A DNA stretch of 64,000 nucleotides from a virus: positions 21,902 through 85,901 of the IMG/VR virus record IMGVR_UViG_3300030098_004191. One strand, 5' to 3'. The notes under the pieces were generated by a model. It was not told where the DNA came from. It did not search any database and saw only the letters and a program-made list of their open reading frames with translations. Position 1 is the first letter of the stretch. Each line of letters begins with the position of its first letter. The position numbers were made by a program, and so were the translations under genes. Below, piece by piece: positions 34,622 to 45,948 of this stretch.

Positions 34622-37600
34622 TTAGGATAGTGCATCGACCTTTGCAGACAATTCCTTAATTGCTTCAATTAGCAATGGAACAAGTCTCTTATAGTCAACG
34701 GCTTTAAGTTCATTACCTAGACTAGGATCATAACCTTCTGCTTCACTCAAATCTCTTGTTTGAGTAACACCAGGTAATCCAAGTTTTTCAACTTCTTGTG
34801 CAATAACACCAGTATCAGTTTGGCCACGCAAATGTTCATAGTTTTTATCATTCCAAGTAAATGTATTACCTGAAATTGATTTAACCTTATCAAGAGCATT
34901 AGGAATAACTGTGATATTATCTTTTAATCTTTCATCAGAACTGGAGAAAGCAGTAATGTCACCACCAACGTATAGATCATTATTAATACCAACACCACCA
35001 GATACTACAAGAGAACCTGTAGTCTTACTGCTAGAGTTTGTTGTTGCTTTTGCTCTCAACTGTCCATTAGATTCAAGTATATCATCAACTGTTGTAGTTC
35101 CACCAGCAGAATCAATCGTTAAATTACCAGTAGAAGTATCAAGTTCATTGGCTCCAGTAAGACCAACTTGGATATTACCAAATGTAGCACCATTACCACC
35201 ACCAATTTGATTGAATGTGGCAATACCAGCAACATTCAAATCTCCACCAATGTTGACATTCTTAGCAACACCGAGTCCACCTTTAAGTACAAGGCAACCT
35301 TCATTAATATTATTGGACTGCTCAGTACCAGCAATCTTCAAGGTACTATTCATAACAGTAGTACCATTCAACCTAACTTCTGAGTTGAATGTAACAGGTC
35401 CATCAAACTGAGATAGAATCTTATCAGATGTACCACCCTCAACAATTAATCTGTCTTTAATTACAACTTCATCAAAAATAACACTAAGTTTTGATGGGTC
35501 TTGTCCAGTGACAGTAGGAAGAGGAGCATCATATGTTTGTTCTGTACCTGTTGCAGAACTTACTCTCTTATTACCAATAAAGAAATCACCTCTGTTATTC
35601 ATACCAGTATAGACAACAGCACCACAAGATCTTTCTTGTGCTTGAACTAAGAACTCTTCTCTTTCAGATAGAGTTGTAGTCTGAATCTGTGGTAAACCAG
35701 TTGAATAGTTTCCTGGTCCATAACCAAGGTATTCAAATGTATGACCAGAAGCACGAATAATAGATGGTCGTCTAAATTCAACTGCTAATGGATCAATCTT
35801 CTTAATCTTTGTTTTATCAACATGATTAGTTCTAGTAGTTCCTAAGTAACCACGAATTACTGTAAGTTCATTATTACCAGAACCACTAAGATTATTACTA
35901 ACTACCCTTACTATTTCATTGTCAATCTGTAATAAAGATCCAAGTGAGAACTTAGATCTTAAATTAATCTTATCAGCAGCAGTAGGAATATCATTAATAA
36001 CAATCTTATTACCACTTCCTAATGCTGCACCAAGATCATATGTAGAACCTTGATAGAAAGAGAATCCTCTTGCACCTACACTCTCATTACCTGCATCAGA
36101 AATTGCATCAGCAGCAGACATTCCATGAGGTATATAACGAGCAGGAGTTATATTTGTATCAGTTTTAACAGAGAAATTAGAGGCACTTACTTTCTCTTTT
36201 ACATAAAAATCTCCAAGACTAACATTTGAAGAGTTAAGTAATCTTACTTTACTACCAGATACTAATCCATGAGCTGCGACACCACCACTACCCCAAAATG
36301 TAGATATTCCAGTTGTTGCATCAAACTGAGTAACACCTATTGATCCTGCAGGTCCAGTATTGGCAGCATATTGGCCAACAATAATAACAGGATCAGCAGC
36401 AGCATGAGCAATAGCAACTTTATTCTTAGCAGGAACGTCTGTAATTCTATATTGTCCACTAGCAGTAGTACCAATACCAGTAATTTCTAGACCATCACCA
36501 ACATTAGATATAATTTGTTCACCTGAAATAGTATATCTTGCAGCACCATTACCACCACCAACTTTAGTTTGATCAAAATATAATGGAGTTGTAACACTAG
36601 CATTATAACCAGAACCTGGGTCAATAATTTCTACATTAGAAATACCACCACCAGCTACAACTACTCTTGCAGTTGAACCATTCCATGCGTTTGTTGCTGG
36701 ATTTGCTCCACCACTTAATAACTTAACATCCTGATATGTTCCATTATCATAATTTGCACCAGCAGTAACTGTTCCAGTAGCAATACCATTAAAGTTATGA
36801 TTCTCAGTAAATGTAATAGTACTAATACCAGCAGTATTATCTCTACCAACTGCACTAATCTTCTTACCTACAGCAAAATCAGTTAAGAATTGATCTACAC
36901 ATTCTCTAGTAATACTCTTCTTAAGGTCATTAGTTACAACTTCACCAAGAGGATCTCTTTTTGCATAAGAAACTGCTGCATTTGGGTTGTCGTCTGGATT
37001 ATCCTTATCTTGTTGTGGATAAAGATCAGTAACATTCTGACCATACTTAAGTTCAGTAAATTCTTCACTAACACCTTGATCTGCTTTTAATACAAATAGA
37101 TGATATACACCATCCTGAACATTATATTCATATTCACTTATAACTTCAGTTCTATAAACATAGTAATTGGATTGAATATCATTCCTTTCAAATCTTGGTA
37201 ATGCAAGATCTCTAGTAGTTACATCACTGGTAAATGTTCCAGGATCATGTGTAACTCCTACTATATCAGTTGTTGAATAAGTAAATGTCTTATTATCAGC
37301 AGTTGTAGTAACTTTAAATGTACTGTTATATCCACTATTACCAGCACCAATAGTATTATTTGTACTCTTTACATTTACTATTTTAACTAAATCATTAGCC
37401 TTTAAATTATGTGGTAATGCAGTTCGTACAGTAACTACATTAGAAGATTCTGTACATGTACTAATAAACCTATGATTTCTCTTATAGGCATAATCAGTTG
37501 CATCAATAGTATTATCTGTAAAGTCAGTAGTTGCTTTAGCACCAGTAAAGCTTGAATCCTGAATTACAAAACCTTCATTTGGATTTCTTGCATTGAATGA

Positions 37601-40012
37601 TTCTTTAGGAACAACAACACGCATCTTATAGATCTTATCATCTAATGATCTACCATCCTCTTTTCTTGTTAAGTAAGATACTTCTGTTTTAACATCAACA
37701 GCAGGTAATGTATTAATTTTAGTATAAAGATTACTATTAGTACCTACATGAACAAACCAATTATTATTTGCGGAGTCCCACTGAATTGGTGATCCAAGAT
37801 CACCTGATTCTTTATCATGTACTCTACTTGTAATATAAAGATCCGAACCACCATATACTGTAAGGTCTTTTGAATTATCAGCATTAGTTTTAGATGATGC
37901 TAATTTAATACCAGTACCATTTCCTAATCTAATAGCATAATATGTTGTTTCATCTTCTAAATTTTCTGGAAGATCACCAATATCACTATAAATTCTTACA
38001 CTTTCACCTGTTTGTATAGTGTGTCCACCAACAGCACCAATAGTAAACTCATTATTTGTTGGACCAGATGTAACTTTATATGATTTTTGAGAAGTATCAG
38101 TACCTATGGCAACTGTTGCTGAATTCATATCAACATCAAGCATATGCACAGGTGCTTGATAAACAGTTCCATCTATACTTACTGAAACTACTTCATCATT
38201 CTTTGCACCAATTCTATATCCTCTTAAAGTAGCTGGTGGTGCATCATCTTTATCATCGTATCCATAGAGATAAAGATGACTTGAAATACCAACACCAGTA
38301 GATCTCGTCTTAGCTACGTCAATGGCAATCCAATCAACAGCTTGGTCTGTTTTGGTAATTGCTTTTGGTGTAATAATATTGGTTACAAATGCATTATCAT
38401 CCTTAGTAAATGCTTTATTCTTGAATCCTTCAGCAGAAAGTGAGATCTGACCAAAGTTGGAGTTAGAGTTTGTAATTGAAGCATCAGATCCAGATTGTAT
38501 ATCAAAATGTTTGTTATAACCAATAGCAAACACAGAAACTATCTGAAGAACAGCATCATTTGTAATCTTAATATGACTTGTTTCCCATCCACTTCTATAA
38601 ATCGCATTAGGATCTGAATGATAAACAGTATCTGGGTTTAATGAAGATGCTCCTTGAGATAATGCAGATCCTTTTACAACTTGAATTGCAATATTATCAT
38701 ATTGTCTAGAAGATTTATTATACTTAACAAATGCTCTATCATCTTTTTGTAGTGAGACACCAGTAAACTGTGCAACAACCATTGATCTGAAACCAGATGC
38801 CTTATGGCCATCTGCTTTCATACCATTCATACCCCATACAGAACGTAAAGAGCAGTTGAATATATATGGAGATGCACCAGATACAGTATCAGTTTCAATT
38901 TCTACTGAAGCAGCAGATACGGTAGGTTGAGGTGGTAAATTATCTCGTACAAATGGTAATAAGTAAGTAAACTCAGTAGCACTAACAACACTTTGTACTA
39001 TAGTAGAAATATTATAATCTAAAGTATCAACACCCTTAACCTTAATAGGTGTTCCTGCATTTAAATTATGATCTGCTGTTGCAGTAACAGTTACAACTGT
39101 ACCAGGTGTAAATCCATCTCCAGATTTAATATTAGAAATTTGAATAGGATCTGTGGCAAATGCACCAACAATTTCCCACTCAGGTCTTTGCTTGGAAAAT
39201 CCACCAGAAGCACTAGGGAATTTCTGATCAATATCCCTTGTAGATGCAAGGTTAAATGCGTTTGATAATTTACTATAATATTGATCTAAATCACTTATAT
39301 CGAATCTCTGAGGAATAGTAACACCATCAGCATATTCAAAACAAGTTAATTTATGGTGAGAGAAAGTAGGTTTGGCTTGGTTATTAGAAGAGAAATCAGA
39401 TTTATCTGTATATACTAGACTATCTTCACTACCATCAAAGAATGTAAACTGGAAGAAATAACAAGAACCAGTAACTCTGAAAAGAGCAGTTGGTGGAGCT
39501 GCACTATCTGAAGCAGTTGGATTTGGTACATATTTTGGTCTAATCTTAGTTTTTCTAAGATCCATACCAACAATAGAAGTACCACGAGGAATTATTACAC
39601 CACCATGAATACTATTAAACTTATAAAGATCATTATTTTCTTGATTTAAATCAAAATTAGAATCTAATGTTAATGAAAGAATATTTTGTGCGTTCTGAGT
39701 ATCATCTCCTGCTGGTGTTACTGCTTTTGCTACACCACCTACATCTCTGACTCCATAACCAGGTCTATTATCAACAAAATGTTCTCCAGGATATACAAGT
39801 ATTGTTGTCTTCTCTACTATATCATTATCATTACCCTTTAAATATGAAAATCTTGCCGATTCAAGCAATGCTCTCTGAATCGTCTTAAACGGTTGTGTTA
39901 ATGAATTACCCTGATTCGTGATCGCATCAGTTGCATCAAGATCACTCGGATTGACGTAAAGAATACGTCCTTCCGTATTCTTCACAAAATTCTCTAATTT
40001 ATTAAGAGGCAT
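34622..40012 (-). CDS. Long tail fibre-like protein with C-terminal S74 intramolecular chaperone
   Basis: MPLNKLENF..ILYVNP N-terminus; SSDERLKDNI..GVIAQEVE..VDYKRLVPLLIEAIKEL. Confidence 0.85.
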   Translation of the reverse strand: MPLNKLENFVKNTEGRILYVNPSDLDATDAITNQGNSLTQPFKTIQRALLESARFSYLKGNDNDIVEKTTILVYPGEHFVDNRPGYGVRDVGGVAKAVTPAGDDTQNAQNILSLTLDSNFDLNQENNDLYKFNSIHGGVIIPRGTSIVGMDLRKTKIRPKYVPNPTASDSAAPPTALFRVTGSCYFFQFTFFDGSEDSLVYTDKSDFSSNNQAKPTFSHHKLTCFEYADGVTIPQRFDISDLDQYYSKLSNAFNLASTRDIDQKFPSASGGFSKQRPEWEIVGAFATDPIQISNIKSGDGFTPGTVVTVTATADHNLNAGTPIKVKGVDTLDYNISTIVQSVVSATEFTYLLPFVRDNLPPQPTVSAASVEIETDTVSGASPYIFNCSLRSVWGMNGMKADGHKASGFRSMVVAQFTGVSLQKDDRAFVKYNKSSRQYDNIAIQVVKGSALSQGASSLNPDTVYHSDPNAIYRSGWETSHIKITNDAVLQIVSVFAIGYNKHFDIQSGSDASITNSNSNFGQISLSAEGFKNKAFTKDDNAFVTNIITPKAITKTDQAVDWIAIDVAKTRSTGVGISSHLYLYGYDDKDDAPPATLRGYRIGAKNDEVVSVSIDGTVYQAPVHMLDVDMNSATVAIGTDTSQKSYKVTSGPTNNEFTIGAVGGHTIQTGESVRIYSDIGDLPENLEDETTYYAIRLGNGTGIKLASSKTNADNSKDLTVYGGSDLYITSRVHDKESGDLGSPIQWDSANNNWFVHVGTNSNLYTKINTLPAVDVKTEVSYLTRKEDGRSLDDKIYKMRVVVPKESFNARNPNEGFVIQDSSFTGAKATTDFTDNTIDATDYAYKRNHRFISTCTESSNVVTVRTALPHNLKANDLVKIVNVKSTNNTIGAGNSGYNSTFKVTTTADNKTFTYSTTDIVGVTHDPGTFTSDVTTRDLALPRFERNDIQSNYYVYRTEVISEYEYNVQDGVYHLFVLKADQGVSEEFTELKYGQNVTDLYPQQDKDNPDDNPNAAVSYAKRDPLGEVVTNDLKKSITRECVDQFLTDFAVGKKISAVGRDNTAGISTITFTENHNFNGIATGTVTAGANYDNGTYQDVKLLSGGANPATNAWNGSTARVVVAGGGISNVEIIDPGSGYNASVTTPLYFDQTKVGGGNGAARYTISGEQIISNVGDGLEITGIGTTASGQYRITDVPAKNKVAIAHAAADPVIIVGQYAANTGPAGSIGVTQFDATTGISTFWGSGGVAAHGLVSGSKVRLLNSSNVSLGDFYVKEKVSASNFSVKTDTNITPARYIPHGMSAADAISDAGNESVGARGFSFYQGSTYDLGAALGSGNKIVINDIPTAADKINLRSKFSLGSLLQIDNEIVRVVSNNLSGSGNNELTVIRGYLGTTRTNHVDKTKIKKIDPLAVEFRRPSIIRASGHTFEYLGYGPGNYSTGLPQIQTTTLSEREEFLVQAQERSCGAVVYTGMNNRGDFFIGNKRVSSATGTEQTYDAPLPTVTGQDPSKLSVIFDEVVIKDRLIVEGGTSDKILSQFDGPVTFNSEVRLNGTTVMNSTLKIAGTEQSNNINEGCLVLKGGLGVAKNVNIGGDLNVAGIATFNQIGGGNGATFGNIQVGLTGANELDTSTGNLTIDSAGGTTTVDDILESNGQLRAKATTNSSSKTTGSLVVSGGVGINNDLYVGGDITAFSSSDERLKDNITVIPNALDKVKSISGNTFTWNDKNYEHLRGQTDTGVIAQEVEKLGLPGVTQTRDLSEAEGYDPSLGNELKAVDYKRLVPLLIEAIKELSAKVDALS

Positions 40013-40052
40013 CTTCTTATAATGGCCAAAATATTTCTATGTTTCTATTTAG

Positions 40053-40352
40053 TTAGGTAAATTCTTCCTCTTGATAATAGAACTCCATATCAGGTGGTAA
40101 TTCCTCTGGATTTTCTATTTCAAGAGGAAAAAATTCTGGATGAACTTCTTCTTCTACCAAATAACTAAAAGACTTGTACATATCTAATGGGTCATATGTA
40201 CGATTTTCATCTGCTATTTTACACAGATCCTCATCCCATAAATGACCGTCTGGTAATTCGTCAAATGTAAATGGCATTTCATTTATTAAGAACATCTTTA
40301 CGATTTTCTTACCATCATCAAACCAACAGAATCTAGTAGTGATTTTATACAT
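40053..40352 (-). CDS. Conserved hypothetical protein (99 aa)
   Basis: IVKMFLINEMPFTFDEL..YLVEEEVHP; late promoter. Confidence 0.75.
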   Translation of the reverse strand: MYKITTRFCWFDDGKKIVKMFLINEMPFTFDELPDGHLWDEDLCKIADENRTYDPLDMYKSFSYLVEEEVHPEFFPLEIENPEELPPDMEFYYQEEEFT

Positions 40353-40384
40353 AAAACCCCTGCAGAATTAACGTTATTTAGATA

Positions 40385-40537
40385 TTAAGTTTCAGCACCA
40401 CCGCCAGTCCTTTGAAGACGGATCCATTCATCCTCTTCTTTCTGAGGATCATCAACTAATCCTTCTTCTTTTAACTTCTTATAATTATAACACCCATCAA
40501 ATGTAAGTTTTATTTTAGGGTCATTTTGTTTTTTCAT
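40385..40537 (-). CDS. Small protein (50 aa)
   Basis: Manual translation MKKQNDPKIKLTFDGCYNYKKLKEEGLVDDPQKEEDEWIRLQRTGGGAET. Confidence 0.5.
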   Translation of the reverse strand: MKKQNDPKIKLTFDGCYNYKKLKEEGLVDDPQKEEDEWIRLQRTGGGAET

Positions 40538-40721
40538 GAATGGAAAGTCCAGCGTACTCTATTCGCTCTGGTTCAAGTAACTTAGTCACCACTTCTTTAA
40601 CATCCATAAATTGCTCAGTTGTTTCGCATGTTATAATTCTCTCCTCACCATCATCAGAGATAATGAGAAAAGATCTATTACATACATCAATAACCGTGCG
40701 GTTTACCCAATCATCTTCCAT
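40521..40721 (-). CDS. Conserved hypothetical protein (66 aa)
   Basis: VIDVCNRSFLIISDDGE...CETTEQFM; GAGG RBS. Confidence 0.75.
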   Translation of the reverse strand: MEDDWVNRTVIDVCNRSFLIISDDGEERIITCETTEQFMDVKEVVTKLLEPERIEYAGLSIHEKTK

Positions 40722-40767
40722 AATCTAACCTCTTACCAGAGCACCATAGCATATGTAGCCAAGTTTG

Positions 40768-41586
40768 TCAAGACCAACCAGTTATTTCAATCTTTGCTCC
40801 AAAGTCTGTTCTACCATAAGTATTAAGATCTCCACAACATGCACCATTATCATGTACTGATAGATGTTGTCTTGTATGAGATGCTATACCAGCACCTCCA
40901 CCTTGGTCTTCTCCACCACAGTAAATACCAGAAACTCTTCTACTGTGATCATGTGTTCTAAACATATAATACAATCCACCCTTTAAATAATAAGTAGCTG
41001 AAGATTGATTTTCACTAAAAGTTGCCCATAGTGTTCCACCAAGATTATTATTATAAATATCAGAATTTCCTTGAAAATTATATCCACCAGTAAAGGGTGT
41101 AGATCCACCAGAAGAATTTTGAGGACCATAAAGTCTAATATCTAAAAAATGACCAGAATTATTTTCCCATTTAGTAAATCTTACATTAACTGTTTGAGAT
41201 GTTGTCCATCCCGTAAGATCAAGATATAAACCATTATGTTGAACATCTGCCTCTAAAGTTGTAGGAAATAATTGATGTGGTTTTCTTATGATTCTTCCAA
41301 CTTTATGATTGAACCAATCGGCAAATCCAATTTGAACATCATAAGGTAATGTAGTATCTTGAGGAATACTACAAAAATTACCATCAAATCCATTAGTACC
41401 ATTACAAGGAACTAAACCATTACATTTGTAATATGCATAAGTATTATAACCATTCCACTGATGTCCACCACCTCCAAATTGTTTCTCCATCTCAACCATA
41501 CTGATTCCTAAATGAGCACTCGATAAAGCATCAGCTGCTGATGTTGGAATCCAACCTCCTACACAACTACCATTTCCACCAGCCAT
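40768..41586 (-). CDS. Putative fibre-tip/adhesin protein (272 aa)
   Basis: Directly follows an S74-bearing fibre; N-terminal GGWIPTSA; rich in Gly, Asn and aromatics. Confidence 0.55.
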   Translation of the reverse strand: MAGGNGSCVGGWIPTSAADALSSAHLGISMVEMEKQFGGGGHQWNGYNTYAYYKCNGLVPCNGTNGFDGNFCSIPQDTTLPYDVQIGFADWFNHKVGRIIRKPHQLFPTTLEADVQHNGLYLDLTGWTTSQTVNVRFTKWENNSGHFLDIRLYGPQNSSGGSTPFTGGYNFQGNSDIYNNNLGGTLWATFSENQSSATYYLKGGLYYMFRTHDHSRRVSGIYCGGEDQGGGAGIASHTRQHLSVHDNGACCGDLNTYGRTDFGAKIEITGWS

Positions 41587-44500
41587 TTACTTACCCTCCA
41601 GTTTTTCTAATCTAGATTTAAGATCATCTATAGTACCTTGCTGTTCTTTTATAGCTTCAATCAATAAAGGTACTATTTTTTCATACTGTACTGTCATATA
41701 TTCTTCATTGCCAGGTGCAGGTTTAATTGCTTCTGGTAATACTTTCTGTACATCTTGAGCAATGACACCTACCTGTACATCATCACAATCATATCCAAGT
41801 TCTTTTGCCTTCTCATTCTCCTTATAATATACACCCTTAAGATTCAATACTTTTGATATTGGATTGTCTATTTTACCTATAACATCCTTTAACCTTTCAT
41901 CAGAGTAGTAAGCAATGACGTTTCCTTGGAATTGTCCTTCTCCATTAGACCTAAGTTTTATTTTCCAAGTTCCACCTTGACTTGCAGAATAAACTGTAAC
42001 TCCTTCACCAAATCTAAATGCACAAGTATTATCACCAGGATCAACAATATCGCCTTTATTGCTGAGTTTTATTCCAACCCAAGCAGATGCTTGTGTATCA
42101 ACCCTTAACCATCTTTTTATTTCAAGATCATTAGATGATGGATTATATTTTAATCCATCATCAGTATAAACACTCTCATAATCACCAGGACTATCATTAT
42201 TACTATTAACAAAAGTTGGAAAAAACCACATGTTGGATTCGTTCTTTGTGGTTTTTATTTCATCAGCTTCAGAAGCAGGTCCAGTACTAGTACCAATAAT
42301 TTCTTCCCAAGATGATCCATTATAGATCTTTAATGAACCACTACTAGAAGTATCATACCAAATATCACCATTACAAGGTCCACTTGGAGTACTGCTTTGT
42401 ATAAATCTTCTACCATAAGCATTACTTGCATAGGCAATATTAATTCTTCTAATTCCAGTAGATGGAGTAGTTACTGTAATTGGATTAGAACAACTATATC
42501 CAGTTTGCTGTACTTGAATATTACTGAGTCCACCAGTATTTGTTATATCACCCCAAGTCCATGTAGTTCCATTAGATACTGGTACTTGATTATTACTACC
42601 ATCACTATTCAAACTATCATAAAGATGGCTTATTCTTGCTTTTTCAACAGTAAGTTTATTATCATTTGTGACATAAGTTAAACTATTAGAATCTTGAAGA
42701 AGATCTTTAGTACCAGTAGAATTTCCTGCAACAAAAGTAAGATAATGAGTAGTAGCACTATTATTTGTTGTTACTTTAATCTGATCAGCAGATCCACCAG
42801 CATTTGCTTGCCATGTCCATCCACCACTTCCATCAGCAACTGGAATATTTGAAGCACCGCCAGTAGAATTACCTGAATCAATTATAGATCCTGGTTTTAT
42901 CTGACCAAGAGTTAATCTATTAGAAGTTGGTACATATTGGAGGGTACTATCAGTGTATACATCTTCATAAGCAGCAGTGCTATTATTACTATCAACAAAT
43001 GTTAGGTAATAAGTATTTGTATTGGTCTCTAAAGATTCTGTTCTTATCTTATTTGCATTATCAGCAGTACCAGTAAATTGTCCATTAAAATTATCAGCAT
43101 AAATGGTTCTCCATCTAAGAGGAGTTGTACCATTACCAATATCATATGTACTATCAGCAGCAGGAACAAAATGTGAGTTAATTCTTGAATTAGTAAAATT
43201 AACCGTATCTGCTGTTGATGTGTCACCAAAAGTAGTATCTCCTGAAACTTTTAAGTCCTCAAGATATAATTTTCCAGTATTTGCACCATCATGATTTGGA
43301 TTGAAATATACTCCATTATTAGTATAAAGATGCTCATATTCAGCAGAACTATTATTACCTCTAACAAATGTTAAATGATGATTTGCATTAGTTGTAATAC
43401 CAACCGACATTACTTGCTGTGATCTTAATACAGTTGCAGCAGTAAAATTAATTAAAACATTTGAAGCTGATGTAATAACACCTTGACTATTAACAGTAAA
43501 TTGACCTACATTAGTACTATTACCATAAGTACCAGCAGTTACACCAGAAGATCTTAAAGCTCCATCTAGAACTACATTTGCGGTTCCATCAAATGCTACA
43601 GCAGGAGAAAATACATCACCAGCAGCACTACCACCATTAATACTAAAGTTTCGTGCATTTAATAATTTTGTTGCAGTATCAGCATTACCTTGGAAAGCAC
43701 CATTAAATGTTTGAGCCCATACATTTCTCCATCTTAAATTACTTCCTGTAGTAGTTCCAAGATCATAAGTATAATCAGCTGAAGGTACTATATGACTATC
43801 AACTCTTGAAGTGATAGTAAGAAGATCACTAACAGCATTACCAATATCAACATTTCCTCTACATGTTGTTACACCAGTTACTAATAAATGTTGAGTTGTA
43901 GTCTGACCATGTACCTCTGCAGTATCAGAGTCCATTTCACCTTCAATCTCAATACCTTGAGTTAAAGTGGTTAATCTAGGATTACCATCATAATATAATA
44001 TTACCGAACCACCTGACGCAAAATTAGCTAAATTAACTCCACTTTGATTTTGAAGATGTATATTATTACTCTGAACAAAAAGATCACCAGAAATATCTTT
44101 TATATAAGATTGAGTACCAGTGCTAGAATGATATATCGCTAATTCTCCAGAATCACCTAAAGTTATTTTTGCATCAGTATCAAATTCAAATGCACTTTCT
44201 GAATGATCAAACCAAATATCATGAGCACTATCAAAATGTACATCATTTCTAAATGTAGCAACACCAGTATTGTTTAGATTATTAATAGTTGCAATACCTG
44301 TAATATTAATATTTCTACCAGATATTTCATCATATGTTAAATCACCTTGAACATTTAAGTTATTACCTACCCATAAATCACCAACAAATGTACCTACTCC
44401 AACAAATGTAGATACACCCGTAACTTTAAAATCACCACCAACATTTAAGTTCTTCTCAATACCAACACCACCTTCAACTATAACTGAACCACTATCCTTA

Positions 44501-45942
44501 TTATTTGATTGAGTAGCATCATTTACATAAAGAACATCATTAATTTGTAATGTTCCTGCAGATGAATCTAATATAAGATTTCCAGTATTACTTGATATTG
44601 TATTCGTATCAAGTTTAATATTACCAACTGTGGTTATACCACTAACATAGAGATTATTTAAAATATCAACCTGATTTCTAAATGTTGATATTCCAGTAAT
44701 ATCCATGAAATCAGCATCTAGAGTTCCTGTAATATCAACTCCTCGAAGAGTAGTAATTAACCTCTGATTATTATTAAAATATAATCTTGCAGCTCCTCCA
44801 GCAGTATATTGGAATCCTTTATCATTACTATTAGTATTACCACCAATCTCTACAACACTACCAGAAATATTAAGTTGCCCTACTCCAGAATCATGAATGA
44901 AACTATTTGATCCTGAATGATATAATGAAAGATCATTTTGATGTCCAAAATGTAATACATCACTATCACCAAAGTGAGCATTACTAGCAAAATATACATT
45001 TGATGTGCAAGTTACAATACCTTGGAATGTAGAAACACCAATAACTTCTAATGTTTGTGTTTCTAATTGTTTTGTAATATCTACATCACCATCAATATTA
45101 ACATCTCCTATTACATCTAACCTTACTTTTGGTTGGGTACTTCCAATACCTACTCGACCATTAGAAGAAATATATACAAATTCAGTAGCACCAGCCGTTA
45201 ATCCAGAAGCACCATGATACTGTACTTGTGATATTGTTCCACCAGCACCAGTTACAGCAGCACTCTGATTTATCCATGTAATATTATTTGCATTTCCACC
45301 ACTAACTAATATATCTGCTGGATTTCCTTTAAAATTATTACTATCATAAAATGCACCACGTACCCTTACATTACCATTAACATCTAGTTTTTGTGTAGGA
45401 TTTGTAGTTCCTATACCAACCGATCCAATTCCAGTATTTACTTTAAGACGTGAACCATTTATACCTACATTCAATCCACCATCCATTGATAATGAATTAC
45501 TTACTTGATTATAACTAAAAGCATTTTCTGCTGTAAATTCATAATCATCACCAACATACAATACATCTCCAGGATCTCCTGGTGGTGATACTCTTATTGT
45601 TGCTGCAACTCCTAAAGGAACTGCTTGAGCACTTACACCTGCACCAATAAAATTAAGTTGTGTAATACTACTAAGAGTACCAACAAGAGTTCCCTCATCA
45701 AATACACTAATAGATCCAGGAATTAGACCACCTTCAATCGGAACCCAGAATCTTTCACCTGGATGTGATAAAAGTGATACTATCTGAAATCTAGTACCAG
45801 CTGGAATATTTGGTGATCCACTAAGACCTGGAGGATCTCCTATATTCGGTTCTGCTTGATCAAGACCAAGATATTTAAATCTATCCTCAGATAATTGATC
45901 TTGAGGAGTTCTCTTTACTCTTCCACTAAGATACTTTGCCAT
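41587..45942 (-). CDS. Tail fibre with C-terminal S74 intramolecular chaperone
   Basis: VGIGT/GISTF repeats; YSDERLKD..GVIAQDVQ..VQYEKIVPLLIEAIKE. Confidence 0.88.
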   Translation of the reverse strand: MAKYLSGRVKRTPQDQLSEDRFKYLGLDQAEPNIGDPPGLSGSPNIPAGTRFQIVSLLSHPGERFWVPIEGGLIPGSISVFDEGTLVGTLSSITQLNFIGAGVSAQAVPLGVAATIRVSPPGDPGDVLYVGDDYEFTAENAFSYNQVSNSLSMDGGLNVGINGSRLKVNTGIGSVGIGTTNPTQKLDVNGNVRVRGAFYDSNNFKGNPADILVSGGNANNITWINQSAAVTGAGGTISQVQYHGASGLTAGATEFVYISSNGRVGIGSTQPKVRLDVIGDVNIDGDVDITKQLETQTLEVIGVSTFQGIVTCTSNVYFASNAHFGDSDVLHFGHQNDLSLYHSGSNSFIHDSGVGQLNISGSVVEIGGNTNSNDKGFQYTAGGAARLYFNNNQRLITTLRGVDITGTLDADFMDITGISTFRNQVDILNNLYVSGITTVGNIKLDTNTISSNTGNLILDSSAGTLQINDVLYVNDATQSNNKDSGSVIVEGGVGIEKNLNVGGDFKVTGVSTFVGVGTFVGDLWVGNNLNVQGDLTYDEISGRNINITGIATINNLNNTGVATFRNDVHFDSAHDIWFDHSESAFEFDTDAKITLGDSGELAIYHSSTGTQSYIKDISGDLFVQSNNIHLQNQSGVNLANFASGGSVILYYDGNPRLTTLTQGIEIEGEMDSDTAEVHGQTTTQHLLVTGVTTCRGNVDIGNAVSDLLTITSRVDSHIVPSADYTYDLGTTTGSNLRWRNVWAQTFNGAFQGNADTATKLLNARNFSINGGSAAGDVFSPAVAFDGTANVVLDGALRSSGVTAGTYGNSTNVGQFTVNSQGVITSASNVLINFTAATVLRSQQVMSVGITTNANHHLTFVRGNNSSAEYEHLYTNNGVYFNPNHDGANTGKLYLEDLKVSGDTTFGDTSTADTVNFTNSRINSHFVPAADSTYDIGNGTTPLRWRTIYADNFNGQFTGTADNANKIRTESLETNTNTYYLTFVDSNNSTAAYEDVYTDSTLQYVPTSNRLTLGQIKPGSIIDSGNSTGGASNIPVADGSGGWTWQANAGGSADQIKVTTNNSATTHYLTFVAGNSTGTKDLLQDSNSLTYVTNDNKLTVEKARISHLYDSLNSDGSNNQVPVSNGTTWTWGDITNTGGLSNIQVQQTGYSCSNPITVTTPSTGIRRINIAYASNAYGRRFIQSSTPSGPCNGDIWYDTSSSGSLKIYNGSSWEEIIGTSTGPASEADEIKTTKNESNMWFFPTFVNSNNDSPGDYESVYTDDGLKYNPSSNDLEIKRWLRVDTQASAWVGIKLSNKGDIVDPGDNTCAFRFGEGVTVYSASQGGTWKIKLRSNGEGQFQGNVIAYYSDERLKDVIGKIDNPISKVLNLKGVYYKENEKAKELGYDCDDVQVGVIAQDVQKVLPEAIKPAPGNEEYMTVQYEKIVPLLIEAIKEQQGTIDDLKSRLEKLEGK

Positions 45943-45948
45943 ATTATA

